This document shows, in pieces, positions 31,164 through 41,121 of a stretch of DNA of 64,000 bases. Position 1 is the stretch's first letter, and each line of letters starts with the position of its first letter. The notes beneath the pieces are model-generated. The model was not told the origin of the DNA. It saw only the letters and a list, made by a program, of their open reading frames with translations, and did not search any database. Origin of the DNA: an uncultured Bacilli bacterium (GTDB taxonomy: Bacteria > Bacillota_I > Bacilli_A > RF39 > UBA660); assembly GCA_934090795.1 (NCBI GenBank), contig CAKOJQ010000005.1:54391-118390 (forward strand), given 5' to 3'. Position numbers and translations under genes: made by a program.

Positions 31164-31865
31164 CTATAATTTATTTGCAAATTTAACATATTTTAACAAA
31201 AAAGGACACTTTTCATTTAAATCCATTTTGGAATTCTTAACCAAATACATTATAATCTTTTTTGCACTATAAGAATTGTTTATAGAAACTATTTCCAGCT
31301 TCTCCTTTTCAATTATTTTATCAACTATAGTGTGCATATTCCACAATTCCATTGTTATATCATTTGAATCATTGCCATAAGAATAAATATAATTAAGCTG
31401 TTTTCTTGAAAATGGTTGCTTTTTAACTTCATCTATATCATTATAATTAAAATCAATTTTTTCTATTAAATTAAGTTTTAAAAAAACGCTATTTTCAAGT
31501 ATTTCATCAAGTTTTTTACAAGCATAATTAATTTTACTATTATTTTCTATTGAATTTTTAAATATTAAATCAACTACAAATCTCGGAAATATTTTATTAG
31601 TCATATATATATAACCACATTTATAAATAAAGTCACTTTTAGGTCTTAATACCAACCATTTAATCCATGAATCCATTAAAATTAATGTATTGTCAAATCC
31701 TTTAGTAAAAAATATTTTTTTATTAAGTTCAATATTTTTAGAATTATTACCTATTGTTGGAATTAATCCATCTTTAAAAATACTATCTAAATTATTTTTA
31801 TTCGTATAATGTAAAAACACTTCATTATAATCAAGCAAGGTAATATCTATTGATTTATAATTCAT
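31164..31865 (-). CDS. hypothetical protein
   Basis: 233-aa ORF. N-terminal FLHYTNKNNLDSIFKDGLIP ... IFFTKG. See findings. Confidence 0.5.
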   Translation of the reverse strand: MNYKSIDITLLDYNEVFLHYTNKNNLDSIFKDGLIPTIGNNSKNIELNKKIFFTKGFDNTLILMDSWIKWLVLRPKSDFIYKCGYIYMTNKIFPRFVVDLIFKNSIENNSKINYACKKLDEILENSVFLKLNLIEKIDFNYNDIDEVKKQPFSRKQLNYIYSYGNDSNDITMELWNMHTIVDKIIEKEKLEIVSINNSYSAKKIIMYLVKNSKMDLNEKCPFLLKYVKFANKL

Positions 31866-31899
31866 AAAACACTTCCTATATATTTAAATTTATAAAATT

Positions 31900-31938
31900 A
31901 TTGTATCAAATTTTTATCAAAAAGTATTTATATAAATC
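31900..31938. repeat. 39-nt conserved upstream element, copy B
   Basis: ATTGTATCAAATTTTTATCAAAAAGTATTTATATAAATC. It begins exactly 35 nt upstream of the ATG of the 233-aa gene. Confidence 0.75.
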
Positions 31939-32029
31939 TTTAATTATATTTTTTATCGTTTTCATATATACTGCTAATTTCTTTTAATTCAAGCAAATTT
32001 ATTGTACAATAGTGTTAACGGAGAATTTT

Positions 32030-32422
32030 ATGATTATAGTTGCAAACAAAATTAAAATTATTAAAAATAAAGATAGTAAATCATTATCGTCATATTATAT
32101 AGATATGATAAATAAAGAAACTAATTATTGGTTCAATGTATCAATTATTAAAAATTTAAGTGATTTAAACAACTTAGAAGTAAATAAAAAAATTGATTCA
32201 ATATCATTTTTTGACTGCTATGACATTTCATTTGGAGATGATAAAACATTTTCAGTCATAATGAACCAAAATAATGTAAATATCTATATTACAAAAATTA
32301 AGGATTCAATATTTGATATAGAATTTATAATAAATAATTTTAATGATACTATTGGAGATGCTCCAAAAGAATTAGAAGGGCTAATTTTCCGAGGAAGATT
32401 AGATTTTAATTTAGCAATTTAA
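32030..32422 (+). CDS. hypothetical protein
   Basis: ATG at 32030 (MIIVANKIK..) is preceded by ACGGAGAA. No family recognised. Confidence 0.45.
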   Translation: MIIVANKIKIIKNKDSKSLSSYYIDMINKETNYWFNVSIIKNLSDLNNLEVNKKIDSISFFDCYDISFGDDKTFSVIMNQNNVNIYITKIKDSIFDIEFIINNFNDTIGDAPKELEGLIFRGRLDFNLAI

Positions 32423-32490
32423 TTTAAAATATGCAATTTAGCATATTTTTTTAATAATTAATTAAAATAAAAACCACCTAAAAGTGATTT

Positions 32491-34689
32491 CTATTTTAAT
32501 TTTTCATTAATTAATTCATTTAATCTTTGATTACCTTTTTCAGTTAAATGAATACCATCTGCCATTAAATAATCCTTATGTTTTTGAATTTCCTGATAAA
32601 AATTAATTACATAAACATTTTTACTATTTAAACTATTTAAAGGCTTAACGGTTGAAATAATATATATTTCCCTTTCTTTACACAAATCAATTAAGTCTTG
32701 ATATTCTTTAGCACTTATAATTGTTGAATTATCAAATCCAAAAACTATTTTGTTAGACAATGTTTTCTCATCAATCGTCTTTTCTATATCTTCTTTTAAA
32801 TCTTTATAACTATAATTTAATTTAACTGTAAATCTTGCATCAGAATAATTATTTTGTAATTCATTAAAATCATAGAATAATAAATCATTTCCATAAAAAG
32901 ATATTTTATTTCTTAATTCTTCTTGATGTTCTAGAATTAATGCTTGTTTCTTTTCCTTAAACTTATCTTTATAAACATCAAATATCGCATTATATATTAT
33001 ATTGGTATATTCTTTTCTACCAGTTGGAGGCAAATGAATTCCATCATAATAGAACCAATCATCATGTCCAAGTGATAAATCATGCCAATTAATAATATGT
33101 AAATTATTATATTTAGTAGCAAGTTCATTTAAACTATTATTTACCTTTTCATTATTTGTTGTGTTAAGCCAAAATACTATTTTATCACTTAAAATATTCA
33201 TAATATTTTCTTTACAATTGTTTCCACAATCTCCATTAGTTCCCAAATGAAGTACTACTACTTCCCCTAATTTATTACTATTTTTTAAATTTGATAATAT
33301 TGAAACCCCAGTTGTTAATGCACGAGATTCTTTAGCATCAAAATAACTATTAGGAAACATTTTAGTTATATTACTCATTGCACCAAGCATAACTGAATCA
33401 CCTACAAATGTGATTGGTAACTCTTTAACAAGTGCTTCATAATTATCCGGATTTTCTAGCTTTTCTAATTCTTTATTCCAATCATTTTCTTCTTGTTGCT
33501 GTTTTAATTCATAATCTTTCTGTTTTTCCTGCATTTCTTTTTCATTTTCCGCAAGTTGTGTTCTTAATTCTTCCATTTCTTTTTCATATGATTTAGCACT
33601 AATATATCTAATTGCACCATATAATGATCCAGCAATAAATAAAATTAATAACAATTCTTTTATATTTTTATGTTTCTTTTTACTACTTAACGCAAAATGA
33701 AGTAAAAATGAAAGTAATAAAACAATTACTATAATAATAGGAATTTTAATTACATGATTTATATTTAAATATTGAAAAGCATAAATAACAGGATATTGTA
33801 CCAAATAAATTTCATATGTCATATTAGCAACACCTCTAATCAAATGATCAAACTTACTTTCATTGTTATATGAAACAGAATAATCTATACACCTACAACT
33901 AACTATATTTATTAATACCATACTAATACTAAAATAAATAGAAGTAGCAGGCACAAATTTAAACATAATTATAATTACTATTAAATATAAACTATAAATA
34001 ATATTTTTTAGCTTTATATTTGTAACATCTAAAGTGAATAAGTTACCATATTCATTATGTATATATCCGAGCATCATACCTATAAATAATGAAAACACCC
34101 TTGTAAACGTATTATAATAAGCATTCATTAAATTAGTTTTACTCATATTATAAAATATAATAGCTCCAATTACACTTCCAACAAATGTAATAACAATTGG
34201 TATGTTTTTATTGAACTTTTCCCTTAATTTATTTAAAATCATAAATATAAACGGAAATACTAAATCAAATTGGATAAGAATTGCTATATACCAAAAATGC
34301 ATAAAAGGTGAATCAATATGTCTCGCAAAATAATCTAAATTCGCATTTATTTGCCAAAAATTATTATATCCAAGTAATACAGATGTAGTTTCATTTTTTA
34401 TATTTAACCAGTACGTATTAGGAATATTTGAAACAACTGCAATAGATATAAAAGTAACAATTAACAAAGGAATATAAATCTTTTTTATTTTTTTTAAATA
34501 ATATTCTTTCAAAGAAAAATTATCTTTATTTAAATTTGTTATAACTCCTAAATAACCACTTAAAACAAAGAAAGTACATACTGCTAGATATCCTCCACTC
34601 ATATATCCTAAATGATAAAAAAGTATAGCAATTGCACAAACTATTCTTAAAATATCTAATTTTCTATAATAATTGGGTTTATTATTCAT
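32491..34689 (-). CDS. acyltransferase-3 / SGNH fusion protein, OatA-like O-acetyltransferase
   Basis: N-terminal 10-helix acyltransferase_3 domain (YRKLDILRIVCAIAILFYHLG), a charged coiled linker, then SGNH-type segments (FVGDSVMLGA ... YDGIHL and ... ADGIHLT). Confidence 0.72.
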   Translation of the reverse strand: MNNKPNYYRKLDILRIVCAIAILFYHLGYMSGGYLAVCTFFVLSGYLGVITNLNKDNFSLKEYYLKKIKKIYIPLLIVTFISIAVVSNIPNTYWLNIKNETTSVLLGYNNFWQINANLDYFARHIDSPFMHFWYIAILIQFDLVFPFIFMILNKLREKFNKNIPIVITFVGSVIGAIIFYNMSKTNLMNAYYNTFTRVFSLFIGMMLGYIHNEYGNLFTLDVTNIKLKNIIYSLYLIVIIIMFKFVPATSIYFSISMVLINIVSCRCIDYSVSYNNESKFDHLIRGVANMTYEIYLVQYPVIYAFQYLNINHVIKIPIIIVIVLLLSFLLHFALSSKKKHKNIKELLLILFIAGSLYGAIRYISAKSYEKEMEELRTQLAENEKEMQEKQKDYELKQQQEENDWNKELEKLENPDNYEALVKELPITFVGDSVMLGAMSNITKMFPNSYFDAKESRALTTGVSILSNLKNSNKLGEVVVLHLGTNGDCGNNCKENIMNILSDKIVFWLNTTNNEKVNNSLNELATKYNNLHIINWHDLSLGHDDWFYYDGIHLPPTGRKEYTNIIYNAIFDVYKDKFKEKKQALILEHQEELRNKISFYGNDLLFYDFNELQNNYSDARFTVKLNYSYKDLKEDIEKTIDEKTLSNKIVFGFDNSTIISAKEYQDLIDLCKEREIYIISTVKPLNSLNSKNVYVINFYQEIQKHKDYLMADGIHLTEKGNQRLNELINEKLK

Positions 34690-34799
34690 TTAACTTCATC
34701 CTCATATCTATATCTATAACTATTTATATTATACCTTATTTTTATTCTTTTTATCAAAAATACTAGCATAAATTTACAATTTAAAAATAAATGTTGTAA

Positions 34800-34842
34800 A
34801 CATATAAAATATGGAATAAATATCTCTTAATCTATTCCATAT
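34800..34842 (-). terminator. terminator after asnB
   Basis: Perfect 10-bp stem ATATGGAATA / TATTCCATAT (34809-34818 and 34833-34842) with a 14-nt loop, followed on the minus strand by TTTATATG. Confidence 0.5.
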
Positions 34843-34849
34843 CAAATTA

Positions 34850-36685
34850 TTATTTTTCCGTAATAAAGAATCTTTCATACCATATTAAAAATGTATATAT
34901 TGTATAAATTTTCTTCCCATTTCTTTCAATATTATTATAATGATTATCAAGCATTTCATTTATTTTATCTTTATCAAAAAATTCACTTACAAAATCTTTA
35001 TTAAACATTTCTTTTACTTTTTTATAATATTTTTCTTCTTGAATCCAATTACCAAAAGGAACAGGAAACCCTAATTTTCTTCTCTTAGCCCATTCTTCAG
35101 GAATAACTTTTTCCGCAACTTTTCTAAAAATATATTTAGTCTGTCCATCATGAACCATATACTTTGTTGGCAATTTTTTAGAAATATTCCAAACTTCTTT
35201 ATCTAAAAATGGTACTCTAAGTTCAACACTATTAGCCATTGACATCTTATCTGCTTTTAATAATATATCATTAGGAAGCCAAAAATTTAAATCAATATAC
35301 ATCTTTCTTAAAATATCATTTTCTCCTTTAGTTTCATCATGAAATGGTTTACATAAATCATATGGACTAACATCTGAAATATATTTTTTGTTTAATATTT
35401 CTGGTATTTCTTCTGGTAAAAACATCTCTGTTTTATTATAATATCTCTTACTTATATCTTTACCATATTTTATTAATGTATGTTTTCCTTTAAAATAAGG
35501 TAATGGTTTAATTACTTTAGCAATACCACTTCTAATAAATAATGGTAAACTTAAATATAATTTTTCCATTTTAGAATCATTATACTCATTATATCCACCA
35601 AACATTTCATCAGCGCCTTCTCCTGATAAAACTACCTTAACTTGACTTCTTGCTAGTTTACTTAAGAAATATAAAGGAACAGTACTTACATTAGCGCTTG
35701 GCTCATCACAGTGATATTGAATAGTTGGTAATATATCAAAAAATTCATCACCAGTTATAACCTTACTATAATGTTTTACATGAAAATGATCTGATAGACT
35801 CTTAGCATATTCTATTTCACTAAACCCTTTTCCATCAAAACCGACTGTAAATGTTTTATTTGGTTTAGCAAGGCTTACAACATATGAAGAATCTACTCCT
35901 CCACTTAAATAAGATCCTACTTCTACATCACTTATTTGATGATATTTAATTGAACTTTCTAAAGTTTCTTTTACTAATTTTTCATAATATTCATAACTAT
36001 TATTTTCTTTTTCATAACTAAGTTTAAAATAACTTTTAACATCTATCTTACCATTTTTATAAATAAAGTAATGACCTGGTTTTAATTTATTAGTATATTT
36101 AAAAAATGTTTCCTCTAAATGATTAGTTCCATATGATAAATATAATCCTAAAACTTTATTATTTAATTCTTTTTTAAAATCAGGATGTGACAAAAATGAT
36201 TTAATTTCACTACCAACCATAAATAATCCATTATAATTATAATAATAAACAGGTTTAATCCCAAAATAATCTCTAGCTCCAACTAAAGTCTTATTCTTTT
36301 TATCATAAATAATTATTCCAAACATACCTCTTAATTTATTGAAAACATTAGTTCCGTATTCTTCATATCCATGAATAATTACTTCGGTGTCACTATTTGT
36401 TGCAAATTTATGGTTATGTTTTTCCAATTCTTCCCTTAATTCCTTAAAATTATATATTTCTCCATTAAACATAACAACTATATTTTTGTTTTCATTATAT
36501 AATGGTTGATTGCCACCTTTTAAGTCAATAATTGATAATCTTCTAAAGCCCATAGCAATATTTTCATCAACATAATAACCATCACTATCTGGACCTCTAT
36601 GTTTAATTCTATCGGCCATATCTTTAATTATTTTCTTTTTATTATTTATTTTTGTTTTATCATAAAATGCACAAAAACCACACAT
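34850..36685 (-). CDS. asnB: asparagine synthase (glutamine-hydrolysing)
   Basis: N-terminal MCGF (Cys2 nucleophile) and PP-loop YLSGGVDSSYV. 611 aa. Confidence 0.9.
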   Translation of the reverse strand: MCGFCAFYDKTKINNKKKIIKDMADRIKHRGPDSDGYYVDENIAMGFRRLSIIDLKGGNQPLYNENKNIVVMFNGEIYNFKELREELEKHNHKFATNSDTEVIIHGYEEYGTNVFNKLRGMFGIIIYDKKNKTLVGARDYFGIKPVYYYNYNGLFMVGSEIKSFLSHPDFKKELNNKVLGLYLSYGTNHLEETFFKYTNKLKPGHYFIYKNGKIDVKSYFKLSYEKENNSYEYYEKLVKETLESSIKYHQISDVEVGSYLSGGVDSSYVVSLAKPNKTFTVGFDGKGFSEIEYAKSLSDHFHVKHYSKVITGDEFFDILPTIQYHCDEPSANVSTVPLYFLSKLARSQVKVVLSGEGADEMFGGYNEYNDSKMEKLYLSLPLFIRSGIAKVIKPLPYFKGKHTLIKYGKDISKRYYNKTEMFLPEEIPEILNKKYISDVSPYDLCKPFHDETKGENDILRKMYIDLNFWLPNDILLKADKMSMANSVELRVPFLDKEVWNISKKLPTKYMVHDGQTKYIFRKVAEKVIPEEWAKRRKLGFPVPFGNWIQEEKYYKKVKEMFNKDFVSEFFDKDKINEMLDNHYNNIERNGKKIYTIYTFLIWYERFFITEK

Positions 36686-36739
36686 TTAAATCAACTCTTT
36701 CTTTAAAAATTATACAAAATTATTAATTCTTTAATCAAG

Positions 36740-37227
36740 TTAAATCTTAGTTAAATGAACTTCATTACCATTATTTTTTATAACACTAACCAAATCATTT
36801 ACATTTAACCAAACAGTTGCTGAATTATCATTAGGATGAACTCCAATAATAAATGGATCTTTAAAAAAATTTTCATCTATATAAAATTTTACAACTTTGT
36901 ATTTATCATTTAATAATCCTAAAGTGTAACCGCCCCAGGAATTAATTTTAAATAATTGTATAGTTCTCCATCACTTGCAAAGCTAAGATGTCTCAACCCA
37001 TTTTCTATTCTAAATTTTTTCAAATCAATTTTCTTATTTCCTAAAACCGTTACTAAATAATAATTTTCTTTTTTATCATCTCTCAAAAATATATTTTTTC
37101 CATCGCAATTTGGATATTTTAGTGAAACTCTTTTTAAATCATTCATATTAAATACCGGAATATGTTCATCTAATTCAAATTTAATATTATTTTTCTTTAA
37201 AAAGTCATATACCTCTTCCTTATTCAT
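36740..37227 (-). pseudogene. YbaK/ProX-type aminoacyl-tRNA editing domain gene with a single-base frameshift
   Basis: The track ORF (102 aa) ends ..LIPGAVTL*. The next frame continues LGLLNDKYKVVKFYIDENFFKDPFIIGVHPNDNSATVWLNVNDLVSVIKNNGNEVHLTKI*. Restoring one C at about 36922 gives PGAVTPLGLLND, the family consensus, and a 162-aa product. Confidence 0.6.
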
Positions 37228-38165
37228 TTTTCAAGTTCCTTTTTCTTAATTGAATCAGAATACACATAATTTTCCATATCATAATTAAAATTATTAGCTA
37301 TATTATTTCTTGCATTTTCACTTAAACTTGAAATTCTGCTATCATTAACTAATGGATCAATATATTTTATTTTAATTCTAGATCTCACCGAGTAATAATC
37401 ACCAGGCATATTTTTAGAAACTTTAACATCTTTCATATTTGCCCATTTGCCAAAGACATCTTTTAAACTAGATTTATTAATTATTTCAACAACTTCATCA
37501 TCACTTAATTCATATAAATCATCAATAGTTATTAATCTATTTTTAACTAACCATTTCAAAATATCACTTAATAATCCCATTGAAAATCTTGTTTTATCAT
37601 CACGATACAATATTGATAACCTACTAGTTAACTCCACAAATTTATCTGCAATATCTTCATCATCAAAACATAATTCTAATTTTTTATCTTCATTAACTCC
37701 CACATAAATATTTTCATAAAATCTTTTTATTTCTTCTATATTACATAATTCATTTACAAACAAAGCATTTGAAAGTGAATATTCTAATCTATCAGCTGAT
37801 AATCTAGGCGTATTATTATCAGCAATTGGATATATATGATAGTCATTAATCTCTTCTAATTTGATACCATCTCTTTCAAGTAATGTCATAATATCCTCCG
37901 AATTTTTAATAATATCTGAGGTCTTTTCTTCTGCTGATTCTTGTTTATCAGCATCTCCATTAAATATATCAACAGTATGTTTAAAAACAGGAGAAGCGAT
38001 ATCATGAAATAATCCTGCCAAAGTTTGTTTCTTATCAGCCGTAAAATTCCAAACAATTAAAGCAACACCAACACTATGATCTAAACTTGTATAAGGATAA
38101 CCATATTTAAACATTTTTGAATATATTTTACCACATGTTACACTTATTTCCTTTTGATGTTGCAT
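37224..38165 (-). CDS. HD-domain phosphohydrolase
   Basis: HSVGVALIVW ... LFHDIASPVFKH motifs. 313 aa. Stop overlaps the next start (ATGA). Confidence 0.65.
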   Translation of the reverse strand: MQHQKEISVTCGKIYSKMFKYGYPYTSLDHSVGVALIVWNFTADKKQTLAGLFHDIASPVFKHTVDIFNGDADKQESAEEKTSDIIKNSEDIMTLLERDGIKLEEINDYHIYPIADNNTPRLSADRLEYSLSNALFVNELCNIEEIKRFYENIYVGVNEDKKLELCFDDEDIADKFVELTSRLSILYRDDKTRFSMGLLSDILKWLVKNRLITIDDLYELSDDEVVEIINKSSLKDVFGKWANMKDVKVSKNMPGDYYSVRSRIKIKYIDPLVNDSRISSLSENARNNIANNFNYDMENYVYSDSIKKKELEK

Positions 38166-38273
38166 TTCTTTAGTAAAAATATAATCATTTAAAAAAAAGA
38201 GGAAAATCCCATGACAATATTCTATAATACTCTTTTAACTTATTATCTATTGTATCCAAATAATTCAATTTTA

Positions 38274-38579
38274 TCATTTCTCTCTTTTTTTAGTTTTTTC
38301 CAAATAATATTTTTTATCAAAACCACCATTTTTCATCTTTTTCATCATAGCAACATTGTCAACTTCTTGCATATTAACATTTATAGACTTAGCTAAATAA
38401 TTTATAACTTCTAGAACATCTGCTAGTTCCATAACCATATCCGCGCTTGTCCCATTATTAAAAGCATCAACAACCTCATTGCATTCTTCTTTTAGTTTAT
38501 TTAAAAGTTCTTTTTTATATTCAATATCATCAAGCACTCTATATAAAGCAAATTCATCATTACCCGGATATCTTGTCAA
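38274..38579 (-). CDS. MazG-like nucleotide pyrophosphohydrolase
   Basis: 101 aa. KLKEECNEVVDA ... MELADVLEVINYL is an EExxE/ExxD helical pair. Confidence 0.5.
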   Translation of the reverse strand: MTRYPGNDEFALYRVLDDIEYKKELLNKLKEECNEVVDAFNNGTSADMVMELADVLEVINYLAKSINVNMQEVDNVAMMKKMKNGGFDKKYYLEKTKKREK

Positions 38580-38621
38580 TTATATTATCTCTTACTAACT
38601 TATTATATATTATTTTTTCCA

Positions 38622-39398
38622 TTAATTTTCCTTATTAATTTCTTTTTTAAAATTTAAACTAACTCCACCTATAGTAGAATTAATATTAATATTTTTTTCA
38701 CCACTTCCAAGTGAAACATCTTTAGAATAATTTATTCCATTAACTAAAATGCTACCTATTTTCTTAGTCACATTAGACTTATAATTATCTATACTATCAT
38801 TTATCATTAATGTTATATCTCCTATACTTGAAATAATATTTAATTCTTCGTTTATATTTGCATCAACATCTATATTACCAACTGAATTATTAATTAAAAC
38901 AGTATTAAATTTAGACTTATTAACATCGATATCCCCAACATTATTATTTATGCTTACTTCATTTAGTATTAATCCTTTTATTTTAATATCTCCATATTTA
39001 TTTTTTATATTTAATGTATTAATAATCTCTTCAGGAATAACTATATCTAAATTACACTTGTTTTTATTAAATATATTCTTATTATCACTTTCAATATTTA
39101 AAACAGTATTATCTAAATTAGTAACTAATTTTTCATCATTAGTTTTAAGTTTAAACTCTTCACCTGCATCAATGCTTATATTACATGTATTAATATCAAT
39201 ATTTATTTTAGAAAATTCTAAATCATTTATTTCTTTTTTTACTGGAGCTGTTAACAAGTTATCTTCTTTTTTAATTTCATCCGTTATAGATTTATAAATT
39301 TCAGTTCCTACTAAAATTGGAATATAAAAAATAAAACCAATTAAAATAAACGCAAATAAAGTTGCCAAATATTTAATTATTTTTTGAACATCATTCAT
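38622..39398 (-). CDS. membrane-anchored beta-repeat protein, DUF4097-like
   Basis: N-terminal helix, then repeated GDIKI/VGDIDV/VGNIDV/IGDITL/IGGVSL strands. Confidence 0.45.
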   Translation of the reverse strand: MNDVQKIIKYLATLFAFILIGFIFYIPILVGTEIYKSITDEIKKEDNLLTAPVKKEINDLEFSKINIDINTCNISIDAGEEFKLKTNDEKLVTNLDNTVLNIESDNKNIFNKNKCNLDIVIPEEIINTLNIKNKYGDIKIKGLILNEVSINNNVGDIDVNKSKFNTVLINNSVGNIDVDANINEELNIISSIGDITLMINDSIDNYKSNVTKKIGSILVNGINYSKDVSLGSGEKNININSTIGGVSLNFKKEINKEN

Positions 39399-40084
39399 TT
39401 AATATCAATTCCTCCAAACAAAATAGTTCCTTTAATATAAATTGTTTTAACATTTTCCTTAGTTTTATTTCTACTAGTTTTATTATCAACTCCACCAAAA
39501 ATACTCGTAGTTTTAACTACTATATTCACATCTTTAGGAACTTTAATAGTAACCCCACCAAATACAACATAATTATTAATTACAACATCTTCATCAATAA
39601 CCACGTTTCTTAAATCTAAACTCACACTACCAAATATTGAATTAATTGCACAACTTTCTAATTTCTCATTATCTAAATTAATTTTTTCTTCTGAAAAAGT
39701 AGATGTATAAGTATGCTCCATGTCTATTTCTTTAGCATTTATTTTTCCCATCTTTTTAGCCACAACATCTTTAACTTTATCTTTAAAAAATATAGATAAA
39801 CCAATTATAATTAAAATAGCAGGAATAAATAATTTAACAAACAATTTAAAATCAAGAACATCTTGACATGATAATAGTAAAAATACTCCTATTATTAATC
39901 CTATCAAAGCACCAGTTCTATCTTCTCCCTTAATTAATCCATTTAAAGATGGAGCAATAATAAACACCGTCCACCAGCCATCAAAAAACAAATTAATATT
40001 CGTTACTCCAAAAGAATTTAATCCTAAAATTATTCCAACTAAAATCAAGAATAATCCCCAAATATAATTACTAACCATTTTCAT
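39395..40084 (-). CDS. LiaF-like (cell-wall-active antibiotic response) membrane protein
   Basis: N-terminal four-helix domain and a C-terminal SIFGSVSLDL..VVFGGVTIKVP..SIFGGVD..ILFGGIDIK repeat region. Confidence 0.45.
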   Translation of the reverse strand: MKMVSNYIWGLFLILVGIILGLNSFGVTNINLFFDGWWTVFIIAPSLNGLIKGEDRTGALIGLIIGVFLLLSCQDVLDFKLFVKLFIPAILIIIGLSIFFKDKVKDVVAKKMGKINAKEIDMEHTYTSTFSEEKINLDNEKLESCAINSIFGSVSLDLRNVVIDEDVVINNYVVFGGVTIKVPKDVNIVVKTTSIFGGVDNKTSRNKTKENVKTIYIKGTILFGGIDIK

Positions 40085-40217
40085 AAAACCACAATCCTCT
40101 CTCTAAAAATATTTTAACATGAATAACCGTAAATGAGTATATTATTTAGCATTTTAATCAAATTATTTAAATTATTATACGTTTGTACGTATAGTGGAAT
40201 ATATAAAAAGATCTATT

Positions 40218-40607
40218 TTATCTCATAACATAAGATTTATAAATAGGTCTATCCATTTCTTTTGCTTTATTTCTAACCTCATTTATAATTGAGATTACCT
40301 CTAAATAATTATCTACTTCCTTCTCCGTTGCAAGACATATTGGAGCAATTCTACTTGAAGTTAAAACTTCATCGTCAAAATCAATAACTTTAAATAAAGT
40401 TTCAACATAAAAACATTCATTGATATTCGTAACATTATAATCACAACCATTTACATACTTTAAAGGATAACAATAATTATTACCTATTTCTCTAGCAACA
40501 ATCATCCCATTTTCTTTAACAATCGTAAAATATATTATCTCATTCACACTTTCATCTTGACATGATTTTAATTTTCCTTTAAATATTTTACCTTCTACAT
40601 TAAACAT
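40218..40607 (-). CDS. hypothetical protein, tandem paralogue 2
   Basis: 129 aa. Shares F-x-[VL]-[ED]-G-[KR]-x-F and IY..IV...G.V.A.I.G.N segments with the 40636-41025 ORF. Confidence 0.5.
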   Translation of the reverse strand: MFNVEGKIFKGKLKSCQDESVNEIIYFTIVKENGMIVAREIGNNYCYPLKYVNGCDYNVTNINECFYVETLFKVIDFDDEVLTSSRIAPICLATEKEVDNYLEVISIINEVRNKAKEMDRPIYKSYVMR

Positions 40608-40635
40608 ATTTTTCTCCTAACTAAAAAAGAAAATC

Positions 40636-41025
40636 CTATCTTAAACCATAAGTTTTCTTTTTACTTTGACTTGATTTTCTATAACTTAACTCAATAAAAT
40701 CTATAACATCACGATTTGCTTGATAATATGGAGCAAAATGATTATTAGTAAATAATCCATTATCTCTTACAATAATTTCAAAAGGTGAATCAACATAATT
40801 TCTTGAATATTCTTCATGCATTAAATACCCTTTTAAAATACCATCATTATCTCTATAATATATCGGCATTAATTCATTACTACCAACAATTTTAGCATAA
40901 ACACTGCCATCTTCCGTTCTAACAATTTGATAATAAATTCTTGAAATAGCAAGTGGATTATCAAAATTTTTCATATTTGCTCTAAAATATCTTCCATCTA
41001 AATCAAAATAATTTGAATTTTTCAT
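40636..41025 (-). CDS. hypothetical protein, tandem paralogue 1
   Basis: 129 aa. See the previous feature. Confidence 0.5.
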   Translation of the reverse strand: MKNSNYFDLDGRYFRANMKNFDNPLAISRIYYQIVRTEDGSVYAKIVGSNELMPIYYRDNDGILKGYLMHEEYSRNYVDSPFEIIVRDNGLFTNNHFAPYYQANRDVIDFIELSYRKSSQSKKKTYGLR

Positions 41026-41121
41026 ATTTTCCCTCTTCTAAACATATGCTACCATATATTATATTTATTTGCAAATAGAATTTTTACATCAATTAAGTAT
41101 TCACATACTCATATTTATACT

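Noticed and set aside
37447-37707. 86-aa plus-strand ORF
   Set aside because: Antisense within the HD-domain gene. Ser/Leu/Asn-rich artefact.
38211-38396. 61-aa plus-strand ORF
   Set aside because: Overlaps the MazG-like gene on the opposite strand. Phe/Leu/Ile-rich artefact.
38950-39297. 115-aa plus-strand ORF
   Set aside because: Antisense within the DUF4097-like gene, whose own frame shows the repeated GDI strands.
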